DNA of 64,000 nucleotides from an uncultured Phycisphaeraceae bacterium. GTDB taxonomy: Bacteria; Planctomycetota; Phycisphaerae; Phycisphaerales; Phycisphaeraceae. The stretch lies in assembly GCA_964625505.1 (NCBI GenBank), contig CAZVBW010000001.1:8542-72541 (forward strand), in the 5' to 3' direction. Below are positions 54,827-62,857 of the stretch, piece after piece (the stretch's first letter is position 1; the number at the start of each line of letters is the position of its first letter). A program made the translations under genes and the position numbers. The notes beneath the pieces were generated by a model. It had not been told where the DNA came from. It saw only the letters and a program-made list of their open reading frames with translations, and did not search any database.

Positions 54827-55243
54827 TCACGTCACGTCGTTCTTGAACAGCTCGATGACCTCGCCGTCGGGGCCCTTGAAGAACGCGAGGCGGACGGGGA
54901 CTTCCGGCTCACCCGGGGCTTCGTTGGGGATGGTCACGTCCTTGGTCGGGACGGTGACCTCGCAGCCGTGGTCGACCGCCTTGGCGAGCATGGCGTCGAC
55001 GTCGTCGGTGCGGAGGGCCAGGTGGATGAACGAGCCTTCGCGGTTGATCGCCGGGTGGTTGGGCCGGCCGAACAGCTCGAGGTAGTTGCCGTCGCCGGTG
55101 TCGAGCATGGCCGCGTCGCTGCCGTCGCCGAGGGTCCAGCGGACCTTGACGGTGAAACCGAGCACGCCGGTGTAGAACTGCAGGGAGCGGACAAAGTCGT
55201 GGACGTTGGCCGCGACGTGGTGGATGCCGGTGATCTGTGCCAT
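54827..55243 (-). CDS. VOC family protein (glyoxalase/bleomycin-resistance fold)
   Basis: The sequence is MAQITGIHHVAANVHDFVRSLQFYTGVLGF...HLALRTDDVDAMLAKAVDHG...AFFKGPDGEVIELF. Confidence 0.85.
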   Translation of the reverse strand: MAQITGIHHVAANVHDFVRSLQFYTGVLGFTVKVRWTLGDGSDAAMLDTGDGNYLELFGRPNHPAINREGSFIHLALRTDDVDAMLAKAVDHGCEVTVPTKDVTIPNEAPGEPEVPVRLAFFKGPDGEVIELFKNDVT

Positions 55244-55259
55244 GGTTCCACTTTACGCG

Positions 55260-55286
55260 GAATCCGGGGTCACAGACTCCGGCTCG
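55260..55286. repeat. Family-A element copy (reverse orientation) overlapping the 3' end of the GT9 gene
   Basis: The reverse complement is CGAGCCGGAGTCTGTGACCCCGGATTC. Its loop TCTGTGA supplies the last codons ...SRSL and the TGA stop (comp. 55270-55272). Confidence 0.8.
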
Positions 55287-56526
55287 ACAGCGACGTCTGC
55301 AGCTCTTGCCACACCGCGTCCACCGGGACCCGTCGGATCAGCGCGTCATCATCCTTGCGTCGGCGGTAGTTGCTCATCTCCTCGGGCGTGAGGCCCGGGG
55401 GCTGCACGACCGACTCGGGCCGGCCGTAGGGACCGACGAGCGCCGGGTCGGTCGGTCCGAAGATGGCCACGGTCGGCACGTCCAGCCCCACCGCGAGGTG
55501 CAGCGGTGCCGAGTCGTTGCACACCACCGCCGACGCCCGGCGGATCAGCCCCATCATCTGCCCCACCGTCGTCCGCGGCCAAGTGGCATCACCTCCCAGT
55601 TCCCGCAGCACCACTTCCGCACGCGACGCCTCCCCCGGCGAAGCCAGCACCACCACCGGCCCCCGCCCCCGCCCACCCCGCAACGCCCGCCGCCCCAGCT
55701 CCGCGAACATCTCCGGCGGCCAGCACTTGCAACCCCACTGCGCCGTCGGCGCCAAAATCAGCGGGCCGACCTCTGGCCCCCTCTCCCTCGCAGGGAGAGG
55801 GCCGGGGTGAGGGTTGGGCTCCGCGTCGCCTGCATGCTTAGAACCTGCACGCACCCCTCCCCCACCCCCCCCCTGCAAGGGAGGGGGGGCAGCCGGGCTG
55901 GCCGCCAGTGCCCGCGGCTCAGCAGGAGCTTCGCCCTCCCGAACCGGCGCCGGCCGCGAACCGTGCCCGTGCTCCCCCAACCACCGATCCGCCCACGCCT
56001 GGTCCGCCTCCGCGACGTACAGCCGCATGTCGTGCACCGGCTCATGCCCGTCGGCCGCCAGCAGCCCCAACATCCGGTCCACCGTGTGCGGGGCACCGAT
56101 GCGGTGGCGATCCTTCCGGGGGCATGCCAGCCACGCCCCCTCCCGGGCATCAGCAAACCCCACCCGCCGCGGCGCCCGCGTGGCCCACGTCATCAGCCCC
56201 GACCGGGCCAGGCCCTGCAGGTCATACACCACGTCGTACCGCCCCCCCCGCAGCCGCTCCGCCAGTGCCTTCGCCGCCACCCGGGCCGACGCCCGCCCCG
56301 GCCAACCGCGCACCGCCGCCCGATCAAACGGCACCACCTCATCCAGCATCGGGTGCGACGCCACCGCCGCCGAGAACGCTTCATTGACCACCCAATCGAT
56401 CCGCGCCCCGGGCCACGTCGCCCGCAGCGTCGCCAGACACGGCACCGTCCGCGCCACATCGCCCAGCGCCGACGGGCGGATGATCAGGACACGTTCGGGT
56501 GAATCCATTCCCACAGTCTCACCCAT
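55270..56526 (-). CDS. Glycosyltransferase family 9 (heptosyltransferase-like) with an internal repeat-derived insertion
   Basis: RVLIIRPSALGDVARTVPCL...IDWVV and the C-terminal ...NDSAPLHLAVGLDVPTVAIFGPTDP are present. An extra segment of about 60 aa, PAPVREGEAPAEP...PLQGGGGGG...PHPGPLPARERGP, corresponds to the repeats at 55776-55892. Confidence 0.8.
   Translation of the reverse strand: MGETVGMDSPERVLIIRPSALGDVARTVPCLATLRATWPGARIDWVVNEAFSAAVASHPMLDEVVPFDRAAVRGWPGRASARVAAKALAERLRGGRYDVVYDLQGLARSGLMTWATRAPRRVGFADAREGAWLACPRKDRHRIGAPHTVDRMLGLLAADGHEPVHDMRLYVAEADQAWADRWLGEHGHGSRPAPVREGEAPAEPRALAASPAAPPPLQGGGGGGVRAGSKHAGDAEPNPHPGPLPARERGPEVGPLILAPTAQWGCKCWPPEMFAELGRRALRGGRGRGPVVVLASPGEASRAEVVLRELGGDATWPRTTVGQMMGLIRRASAVVCNDSAPLHLAVGLDVPTVAIFGPTDPALVGPYGRPESVVQPPGLTPEEMSNYRRRKDDDALIRRVPVDAVWQELQTSLSSRSL
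55776..55892. repeat. Two family-C hairpin elements inside the GT9 gene
   Basis: The first is CCCTCTCCC-tcgca-GGGAGAGGG followed by CCGGGGTGAGGGT (55780-55815). A degenerate C9/G7-rich version lies at 55854-55892. Confidence 0.8.
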
Positions 56527-56597
56527 CTGAAGCCGCGGGTGTCAACCCGTCGGCTCAGCCCGCCGAAGACGTCCACTCCATGTAACTTGCATCCACC

Positions 56598-57092
56598 ATG
56601 GCTGCAGCCCGCCGCGGCGTCTGGTTCTGGGTCCGCCTCGCCTGCATCGGCTCTGCCGTGGTGCTCAGTCAACTTGCATCGGTCGTGGGACCGAGCGACC
56701 CGTTGCCTGTGCCATGGCTTCCGCTGGGTGCCGCAGCACTGTTGTCCCTGCTGTTCATGCCGTTCATGCTGCTGGCGGTCATCGGCGTCCAGGCCGTCAA
56801 CCCCATGAGCGACGACCGGTGGTCGGTGCCCCGCCACGACACCAATCCCTTCCGCCTCGGCGATCCGCTGCACCTCTTTCACTTTGCAGCGTTTCTGATT
56901 ATTGGCTGCGGTATCGGCTCGATCGTGGGCGCCATCTGGGCCGGCTGGCTATCGCTCGGAATGGGCCTCTTTCAAGTGCTCGGCGGCCTAATGCTGCTGC
57001 TGAGCGTGCGGTGGTGCATCAAGGTTTACAAGCACAAGTATGTGCCTGAGGATGCAGCGGATTACTTGGAACAAGCGGGCGGCAGCCGCTAA
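56598..57092 (+). CDS. Hypothetical integral membrane protein (4 predicted TM segments)
   Basis: The hydrophobic segments are VWFWVRLACIGSAVVLSQL, LPLGAAALLSLLFMPFMLLAVIG, LFHFAAFLIIGCGIGSIVGAIW and LGMGLFQVLGGLMLLLSV. Confidence 0.55.
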   Translation: MAAARRGVWFWVRLACIGSAVVLSQLASVVGPSDPLPVPWLPLGAAALLSLLFMPFMLLAVIGVQAVNPMSDDRWSVPRHDTNPFRLGDPLHLFHFAAFLIIGCGIGSIVGAIWAGWLSLGMGLFQVLGGLMLLLSVRWCIKVYKHKYVPEDAADYLEQAGGSR

Positions 57093-57113
57093 GTAGCTGT
57101 TTCCCAACCTCGG

Positions 57114-57213
57114 GGGTGGCACTGATCCGCCTCAGGCGGAAAGTCCGCGGAGCTTGTCAGTGGGTCGAGCGGCTTCACTGACAAGCCGCAGAGCCGGCTT
57201 GTCAGTGCCACCC
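57114..57213. repeat. Compound structured element with nested and mutually exclusive hairpins
   Basis: The outer stem is GGGTGGCACTGA (57114-57125) paired with TCAGTGCCACCC (57202-57213). An inner hairpin is TCCGCC-tca-GGCGGA. GCTTGTCAGTG occurs twice (57152, 57197), flanking its complement CACTGACAAGC (57176). Confidence 0.75.
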
Positions 57214-57304
57214 ACGGAAGTTGGCGGCACCCATGGCCGTGAATGCTAAGCCGCGAGCGGCTTCGTTAAGCTGCGGCGACCGCCCGTCACGGATCCATCT
57301 GCCG

Positions 57305-58060
57305 ATGCCCACCGCGATCATCTCCGACATTCACGGCAACCTGGACGCGCTGGAGGTGGTGCTGGCGGACATCGAGCACCGGGGTCTGGACCAGATCGTG
57401 TGCCTGGGCGACATCATCGGGTACGGGCCGGACCCGCTGGCGTGTCTGGACCTGGTGCGGCAGCGGTGCGCGTTCGCGTTGATGGGCAACCACGACTTCG
57501 CCGTGCTGTACGAGCCGACGAGCTTCAACACCTCGGCCGAGCAGGCGGCGTTCTGGACGCGTCGGCAGTTCGAGCAGGAGCCGGACGGGGACATGCGTCG
57601 CTGCCGGTGGGAGTACCTGGGCAACCTGCTGGTGCGGCGGTGGGATGACGGGTGCCTGTGGGTGCACGCCTCGCCGCGTCGGCCGATCAACGAGTACATC
57701 TTCCCGGATGACGTGATCACCGCCCCGACGAAGATGCAGCAGATTTTCGACCGGGTGCAGACGCGGTGCTTTGTGGGGCACACGCACGTGCCGGGGGTCT
57801 TCACCGACGAGCCGGACTTCTACCCGCCCGGCGACCTGGGCGGGGCGTACAAGTTCCGCGATGACGAGAAGTGCATCGTCAACCCGGGCAGCGTCGGCCA
57901 GCCCCGAGACCGCGACCCGCGGGCCAGCTACGCGATCCTGCACGACGACCGCGTCGAGTTCGTCCGGCTGGAGTACGACATCGAGGCGGTGATCGAGAAG
58001 GTCAAGCGGGTGCCGGACCTGACGGATTTTCTCGGGCAGCGGCTGCTCGAGGGGCGGTAG
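57305..58060 (+). CDS. Metallophosphoesterase (calcineurin-like, YfcE/MPP family)
   Basis: MPTAIISDIHGNLDALEVVL, CLGDIIGYGPDP, GNHD and GHTHVP are the MPP motifs I-V. Confidence 0.88.
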   Translation: MPTAIISDIHGNLDALEVVLADIEHRGLDQIVCLGDIIGYGPDPLACLDLVRQRCAFALMGNHDFAVLYEPTSFNTSAEQAAFWTRRQFEQEPDGDMRRCRWEYLGNLLVRRWDDGCLWVHASPRRPINEYIFPDDVITAPTKMQQIFDRVQTRCFVGHTHVPGVFTDEPDFYPPGDLGGAYKFRDDEKCIVNPGSVGQPRDRDPRASYAILHDDRVEFVRLEYDIEAVIEKVKRVPDLTDFLGQRLLEGR

Positions 58061-58204
58061 GTAGATTCAATTCCGGGGGGCGTTTAGCCCGCGGTGTCAG
58101 CCGCGGCGGGGCGACCCGGCTTCGCCGGGAGCGCGGGCCAAGGCCCGCGGCTAAACAAGCGCCGAATCACCCGCCGGCGGTCATCGGACCGATAAGTCAC
58201 GGGT

Positions 58205-60250
58205 ATGGACCCGGCGATCTGGCGCGCGAACCTGGCGGCACTGCGACGGCGGCACCCGCTGGCGGCCGATGCCGTCGAGGCGGCAGAGCCCGCGTGCCTG
58301 CAGTGGGCCCAGGGGCGGGACGGGGCGGCGGTGGCGAGCATCGACCACGACGGCCGGCCGCTCGCGATGTGCAGCAAGTACGCCCCGCTCGACGAAGCCA
58401 GGGCCCTGATCGACCCGGTGGACCTGGACAAGGCGGCGTGCGTCGCCGTGCTGGGTTGCGGGGTGGGGCACCACGTCGCGGCGCTGGCCGATCGACTGAG
58501 CCGAAAGGCGGTGCTGGTGGTCTACGAGCCGGACGCCGGGCTGCTGCGGGCCGTGCTGGAGCGGGTGGACCACAGCGGCTGGCTGGGGGCGGACCACGTG
58601 GTGCTCATGGTCGGCGAAGAGGTCGACCGCGGGCAGCTGATCCGGCTGATCGAGCCGCGGGCGATGGTCGTGACCCAAGGCACACAGCTGGTCTCGCACC
58701 CGCCGACGCGTCGTCGGCATGCGGCCCAGCTCAAGGCCTTCGCCGACGAGCTGACCGCGGGCATCGACTACTGCCGGATGTCGATCGCGACGGTGCTGGT
58801 CAACGGCGTGCGGACCTGCCACAACCTCGCGATGAACCTGCCGCACTACACGGCCGGCGAGACGGTCAACGACCTCTACCAGGCCGCCGCCGGTCGGCCG
58901 GCCGTGCTTGTCGGGGCCGGGCCGTCGCTGGTGAAGAACGTCGACCTGCTGACCGACCCGGCGGTGCGGAACAACGTGGTGCTCATCACGGTGCAGACGT
59001 GCCTCAAGCCGCTGCTGGACCGCGGCATCCGCCCGGACTTCGTGACCGCGCTGGACTACTCAGCGATCTGCACGCGGTTTTACGAAGGGCTGCCGGACCT
59101 GCCCGACGTGACGCTCGTCGCCGAGCCCAAGGCCAACCCCGCCATCCTCGACGCGTTCCCCGGGCCGATCCGCATCTGCCGCAGCGAGTTCAACGACCAT
59201 GTGCTGGGCAACCCCGCCGACGGCGGGCTGAGCCGGCCGATGCGGCACGTCCCCGCCGGGGCGACCGTGGCCCACCTGTCCTTCTACGTGGCCCAGCTGC
59301 TGGGCTGCGACCCGATCATCATGATCGGCCAGGACCTGGGCTTTTCCGACGGCCTGTACTACGCCCCGGGCACGCCGGTGCACCAGGTCTGGTCCAGCGA
59401 GCTGGGCGCCTTCAACACCATCGAGATGATGGAGTGGACCCGCATCGTGCGGATGCGTGGCCACCTGTCCCGGCACGAGGACGTCCACGGCCGGCCGATC
59501 TTCAGCGACCAGCAGATGATCGCGTACCTGCGGCAGTTCGAGCGCGATTTCGCCGCCGCCCCGCAGACCGTTATCGACGCCACCCAGGGCGGGATGCCCA
59601 AGCTGCACACCACGCGGATGACCCTCGCCGAGGCGCTCGCCGAGCACGCGACCCAGCCCGTGCCGCCACTTCCGCAGGCCCAGCGAAACGTGGACGCCGA
59701 CCGACTGACGCGGCTGGGCCCGCTGCTGGATCGGCGGGTGGAGCAGGTGCAGCAGCTGGGCCGGACTACCCGGGCCTCGGTCCGCCTGCTCGAGCAGATG
59801 CAGGTCGCTCACGGCAAGGCAGACCAGTCCCGGCTCGCTTCGTTGTTCGCCAAGCTCAAGAAGCACCAGGCCCGGGTACACGGCGAACTGGGCGACGCCT
59901 TTGCCATCGTCAGCCTGATCAACAGCACCGGCGGGTTCGAACGCAATCGGCAGGACCGCCTGATCGACACCCACAGCGCCGACGGCCGCGACCGTGAAGC
60001 CCGGCAGATGCAGCGCGACCTGGCCAACCTCAAGTCGCTGCTGAGCGGTGTGGACGAGGCGGTCCGGATCCTCCGCGATGCGCGGGGGCGGGTGGCTGAT
60101 GTCTCGGCCTCCCCTCCCTCTCAGGGAGGGGCCGGGGGAGGGTCGAGCCGTCCCGCCGCCGATACGCCCGCGGCCCGTCCGCTGCGACCCTCACCCCAGC
60201 CCTCTCCCTGCAAGGGAGAGGGGGCCAAGCCGCTGAAGGAGGCCGCGTGA
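58205..60250 (+). CDS. DUF115 / motility-accessory-factor (Maf)-like putative nonulosonic-acid glycosyltransferase
   Basis: The central block is PAVLVGAGPSLVKNVDLL...VLITVQTCLKPLLDRGIRPDFVTALDY...GATVAHLSFYVAQLLGCDPIIMIGQDLGF. It matches the MptE-like/DUF115 core of Maf proteins (from memory). The C-terminal tail is repeat-derived. Confidence 0.65.
   Translation: MDPAIWRANLAALRRRHPLAADAVEAAEPACLQWAQGRDGAAVASIDHDGRPLAMCSKYAPLDEARALIDPVDLDKAACVAVLGCGVGHHVAALADRLSRKAVLVVYEPDAGLLRAVLERVDHSGWLGADHVVLMVGEEVDRGQLIRLIEPRAMVVTQGTQLVSHPPTRRRHAAQLKAFADELTAGIDYCRMSIATVLVNGVRTCHNLAMNLPHYTAGETVNDLYQAAAGRPAVLVGAGPSLVKNVDLLTDPAVRNNVVLITVQTCLKPLLDRGIRPDFVTALDYSAICTRFYEGLPDLPDVTLVAEPKANPAILDAFPGPIRICRSEFNDHVLGNPADGGLSRPMRHVPAGATVAHLSFYVAQLLGCDPIIMIGQDLGFSDGLYYAPGTPVHQVWSSELGAFNTIEMMEWTRIVRMRGHLSRHEDVHGRPIFSDQQMIAYLRQFERDFAAAPQTVIDATQGGMPKLHTTRMTLAEALAEHATQPVPPLPQAQRNVDADRLTRLGPLLDRRVEQVQQLGRTTRASVRLLEQMQVAHGKADQSRLASLFAKLKKHQARVHGELGDAFAIVSLINSTGGFERNRQDRLIDTHSADGRDREARQMQRDLANLKSLLSGVDEAVRILRDARGRVADVSASPPSQGGAGGGSSRPAADTPAARPLRPSPQPSPCKGEGAKPLKEAA
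60107..60225. repeat. Two family-C hairpin elements (opposite orientations) forming the 3' end of the Maf-like gene
   Basis: The first is CCCCTCCC-tctca-GGGAGGGG followed by CCGGGGGAGGGT (60111-60143). The second is ACCCTCACCCCAG followed by CCCTCTCCC-tgcaa-GGGAGAGGG (60187-60222). Confidence 0.8.
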
Positions 60251-61977
60251 CCCGCCGACGCATCGTGGCCCTGGTGGACGCCGACCCGCACCGCGGGCGG
60301 CTGGGGCACGCGCGGTCGCTCGGGGCGCGGCTGGGCCACACGACCGTGCTGGGCCAGACGCTGCATCGCATCGGGGCGGTCCCGGCGGTGACGGATGTGG
60401 TCGTGGTGCACCCGGCGGACGCGGCGCTGGAGATACCAGACGCTTCGCCGACTTCGTCGACTCAGCGTCGGCTTCCTATTGCCACTCATGCCGCATCCGT
60501 GCCGCACGACGACGGGGCCCGCCGACGCATCGTCGCTGCGCGTCAATGGGCCCACACCGCGTGGCGTGGCGGGCTGGGTCAGGCGACCGCTTGGGATGAA
60601 CTGTTGCCGGCCGACCCGTTCGCCGATGCGTTGGCGGCTAATGCTTCGGATGCCGATGTCGTACTGCTGCTGGGCGGCGACTGGTGCCTGGTCGATCCGG
60701 ACCTGACCGCATCGCTGATCGAGCGGTTTGAGCAGTCGCCCGAGGCGTTCAAGCTGGTCTTCGCGCAGGCCCCGCCGGGGCTGTCGCCGGTGCTGTTGCA
60801 GCCGGGGGTGCTGCGGGACCTGGCCGAGCACCGCGCGACGCTGGGCCGGGTGCTGGGCTACAACCCGAGCCAGCCGAGCCTGGACCCGATCGGCAAGGAC
60901 GTGTGTGTTGCGGTGCCGGCCCACGTCCGCGACCTGGGACGACGTCTGATCCACGACACGCCCCGGGCCATCGCACACCTCCGCGCCATCGCCGAGCACC
61001 TGGGCCCCGCCCTGCCGACCGCCGACGCCGACGCGATCGCCGACGCCTCCCGCGCTGTCGAGCTGACCTCCGACGCCTGGCGGACCCGCCGACTGCCCCC
61101 ACAGTGGTTCATCGAACTCACCCCGCACCGTGACGCCGCCGGGCCGATCACCCCGCAGCACCACGTGCAACCCGACCGCGGGCCGCTGGACGTGGCGCTG
61201 GCCCGCGACCTGTTCGCCGAGCTGGCCGAGGTCGGCGACGTGGCCGTGATGCTCGGCGGCATCGGCGAGCCGCTGCGGCACCCGCGCTGGACCGACATCG
61301 TCACCGCCGCCGCCGACGCCGGCATTGCCGCCATCGGGCTGACCACCGACCTGCTGGCCGACCGCGAGACCATCGCCCCGCTGATGGACCTGCCGCTGGA
61401 CGTGCTGCAGGTCCGCCTGAACGCCGACCGGCCCGACACCTACGCCCAGGTGATGGGTGTCGACCCGGCGAAGTGGGACCACGTGATGGGCCAGCTGCAG
61501 TGGCTGATCGACCAGCGGCTCAAGCGTGACGGTTCGCTGCGGGCTGGGCTGCCGTGGCTGGTGCCGACGCTGGTCAAGACAGCCGGCACGCTGCGGGACA
61601 TGGAGTCGTTTTTCGAGCGTTGGCTGCGCCTGGGCGAACACCCCGTGATCGAGCGTTTCGACACGGGCCTGGGCCGCGTGAACGATCTGTCGCCGGTCCC
61701 GATGGACCCGCCGCCGCGGGCCGCAAATCCGCATGCGGTACCGACCTGTGCCTATGTCCTGGCCGATGGCAGTGTTACCCTGTGCCTTGGAGACTGGCTG
61801 GGCGAGCGATCGCTGGGCCAGGCGGAGCAAGCCGGCGATCTGCTGAAGCATTGGCAGTCGCTGGCTCGTCCCGAGACGCGTCGGCGGCAGCGGGCCCTGG
61901 GGCTCACCGCCGGCTGCGAAGACTGGCTGCGGGGATGGGACACGCGGGCGGCCACCGCCCCACCGCGTGCGGCATGA
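60247..61977 (+). CDS. Fusion protein: SpsF/cytidylyltransferase-like N-terminal domain plus a radical-SAM/SPASM-like C-terminal domain lacking the CxxxCxxC motif
   Basis: The GTG start overlaps the Maf-like stop (GTGA). The N-terminus reads RRIVALVDADP...VVLLLGGDWCLVDPDL. The C-terminus reads WFIELTPHRDAAGPITPQ where a CX3CX2C would sit, followed by GGIGEPLRHPRW, GLTTDLL, LQVRLNADRPDTYAQVMG and ...CAYVLADGSVTLC. Confidence 0.55.
   Translation: MTRRRIVALVDADPHRGRLGHARSLGARLGHTTVLGQTLHRIGAVPAVTDVVVVHPADAALEIPDASPTSSTQRRLPIATHAASVPHDDGARRRIVAARQWAHTAWRGGLGQATAWDELLPADPFADALAANASDADVVLLLGGDWCLVDPDLTASLIERFEQSPEAFKLVFAQAPPGLSPVLLQPGVLRDLAEHRATLGRVLGYNPSQPSLDPIGKDVCVAVPAHVRDLGRRLIHDTPRAIAHLRAIAEHLGPALPTADADAIADASRAVELTSDAWRTRRLPPQWFIELTPHRDAAGPITPQHHVQPDRGPLDVALARDLFAELAEVGDVAVMLGGIGEPLRHPRWTDIVTAAADAGIAAIGLTTDLLADRETIAPLMDLPLDVLQVRLNADRPDTYAQVMGVDPAKWDHVMGQLQWLIDQRLKRDGSLRAGLPWLVPTLVKTAGTLRDMESFFERWLRLGEHPVIERFDTGLGRVNDLSPVPMDPPPRAANPHAVPTCAYVLADGSVTLCLGDWLGERSLGQAEQAGDLLKHWQSLARPETRRRQRALGLTAGCEDWLRGWDTRAATAPPRAA
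60433..60476. repeat. Family-B element inside the SpsF-like domain coding region
   Basis: ATACCAGACGCTTCGCCGACTTCGTCGACTCAGCGTCGGCTTCC encodes IPDASPTSSTQRRLP in frame. Confidence 0.75.
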
Positions 61978-61999
61978 GCACCAGCAGGAGGAACTGACG

Positions 62000-62755
62000 A
62001 TGAGCATCAAAACCCTGGGCGTCGTTCTCGCCCGAGCCGGCAGCAAGGGCCTGCCTGAAAAGAACTCCCGCCCCGTCGCCGGCAAGCCCATGCTCAGCTG
62101 GACGATCGAGCACGCCCTGGCCAGCCCGGCGCTGGACCGCGTGGTCTTGTCGACCGACGGCCAGGAACTGGCTCAGATCGGCCGCAAGCACAAGATCGAG
62201 GTGGTCCACCGCCCCTACGAACTGGCTCACGACACCGCCCCGGTCGACGCCGCCGCCCGCCACGCGGTGACTTCCATCATCGGGATGCACGAGCAGGTCG
62301 TGATCCTCTACGCCAATGTCCCGGTCCGCCCGGCCGACTTGGTCCAGCGGGCCGTCGACAAGCTCCAAGCCACCGGCTGCGACTCGGTCCAGTCCGTGTG
62401 CCCGGTCGGCAAGCACCACCCCTACTGGATGCAGCAGGTCCTGCCCGAACCGGGCGTCCGCGACCCCTCCGCCCACGCCGCCGGCCACGGCAGGCTCGAG
62501 CCGTTCCACGCCAATCAGGTCGACCGCCGGCAAGACCTGCCGCCGCTGTACGTCCTGGACGGCGGGATCATCGCCGTCCGCCGCGACAGCCTCTTTCACG
62601 TGGTCGAGGGCCAGCCGCACGCCTTCCTCGGCGACGACCGCCGGGCCATCATCACCCAGCCCGGCGAGGTCATCGACGTGGACAGCCCGCTGGAACTGCA
62701 CGTCGCCGAGGCCGTCCTCAACGAACAGCAAAACGCCGCCCGCGGCATCGCCTGA
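62000..62755 (+). CDS. Acylneuraminate (CMP-nonulosonic acid) cytidylyltransferase family protein
   Basis: An AGGAGG RBS precedes the start. The sequence is MSIKTLGVVLARAGSKGLPEKNSRPVAGKPMLSWTIEHAL...VLSTDG.... Confidence 0.8.
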   Translation: MSIKTLGVVLARAGSKGLPEKNSRPVAGKPMLSWTIEHALASPALDRVVLSTDGQELAQIGRKHKIEVVHRPYELAHDTAPVDAAARHAVTSIIGMHEQVVILYANVPVRPADLVQRAVDKLQATGCDSVQSVCPVGKHHPYWMQQVLPEPGVRDPSAHAAGHGRLEPFHANQVDRRQDLPPLYVLDGGIIAVRRDSLFHVVEGQPHAFLGDDRRAIITQPGEVIDVDSPLELHVAEAVLNEQQNAARGIA

Positions 62756-62766
62756 CGCCCCCCAAA

Positions 62767-62847
62767 GCCCACCCCTTCAGGGGTGGGCGGGTACCTGATG
62801 CCCCGAAGACGACGCCGATCCGCCTCAGGCGGAGAAGCGTCTGGTAT
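62767..62847. repeat. Family-D-like hairpin (62767-62788) plus a family-B element (62803-62847, reverse) filling the intergenic gap
   Basis: The hairpin is GCCCACCCC-ttca-GGGGTGGGC. The reverse complement of 62803-62847 is ATACCAGACGCTTCTCCGCCTGAGGCGGATCGGCGTCGTCTTCGG. Confidence 0.8.
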
Positions 62848-62857
62848 CCCTGTCCTC

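Noticed and set aside
58082-58157. Imperfect inverted repeat GTTTAGCCCGCGG ... CCGCGGCTAAAC upstream of the Maf-like gene
   Set aside because: The arms differ by one indel and the element is single-copy in this window. It is noted only as a possible further repeat family.
57871-59997. 708-aa plus-strand ORF, and 60121-62091 minus (656 aa)
   Set aside because: Both are Arg/Pro/Gly/Ala-rich out-of-frame or antisense products overlapping the Maf-like and SpsF/rSAM-like genes.
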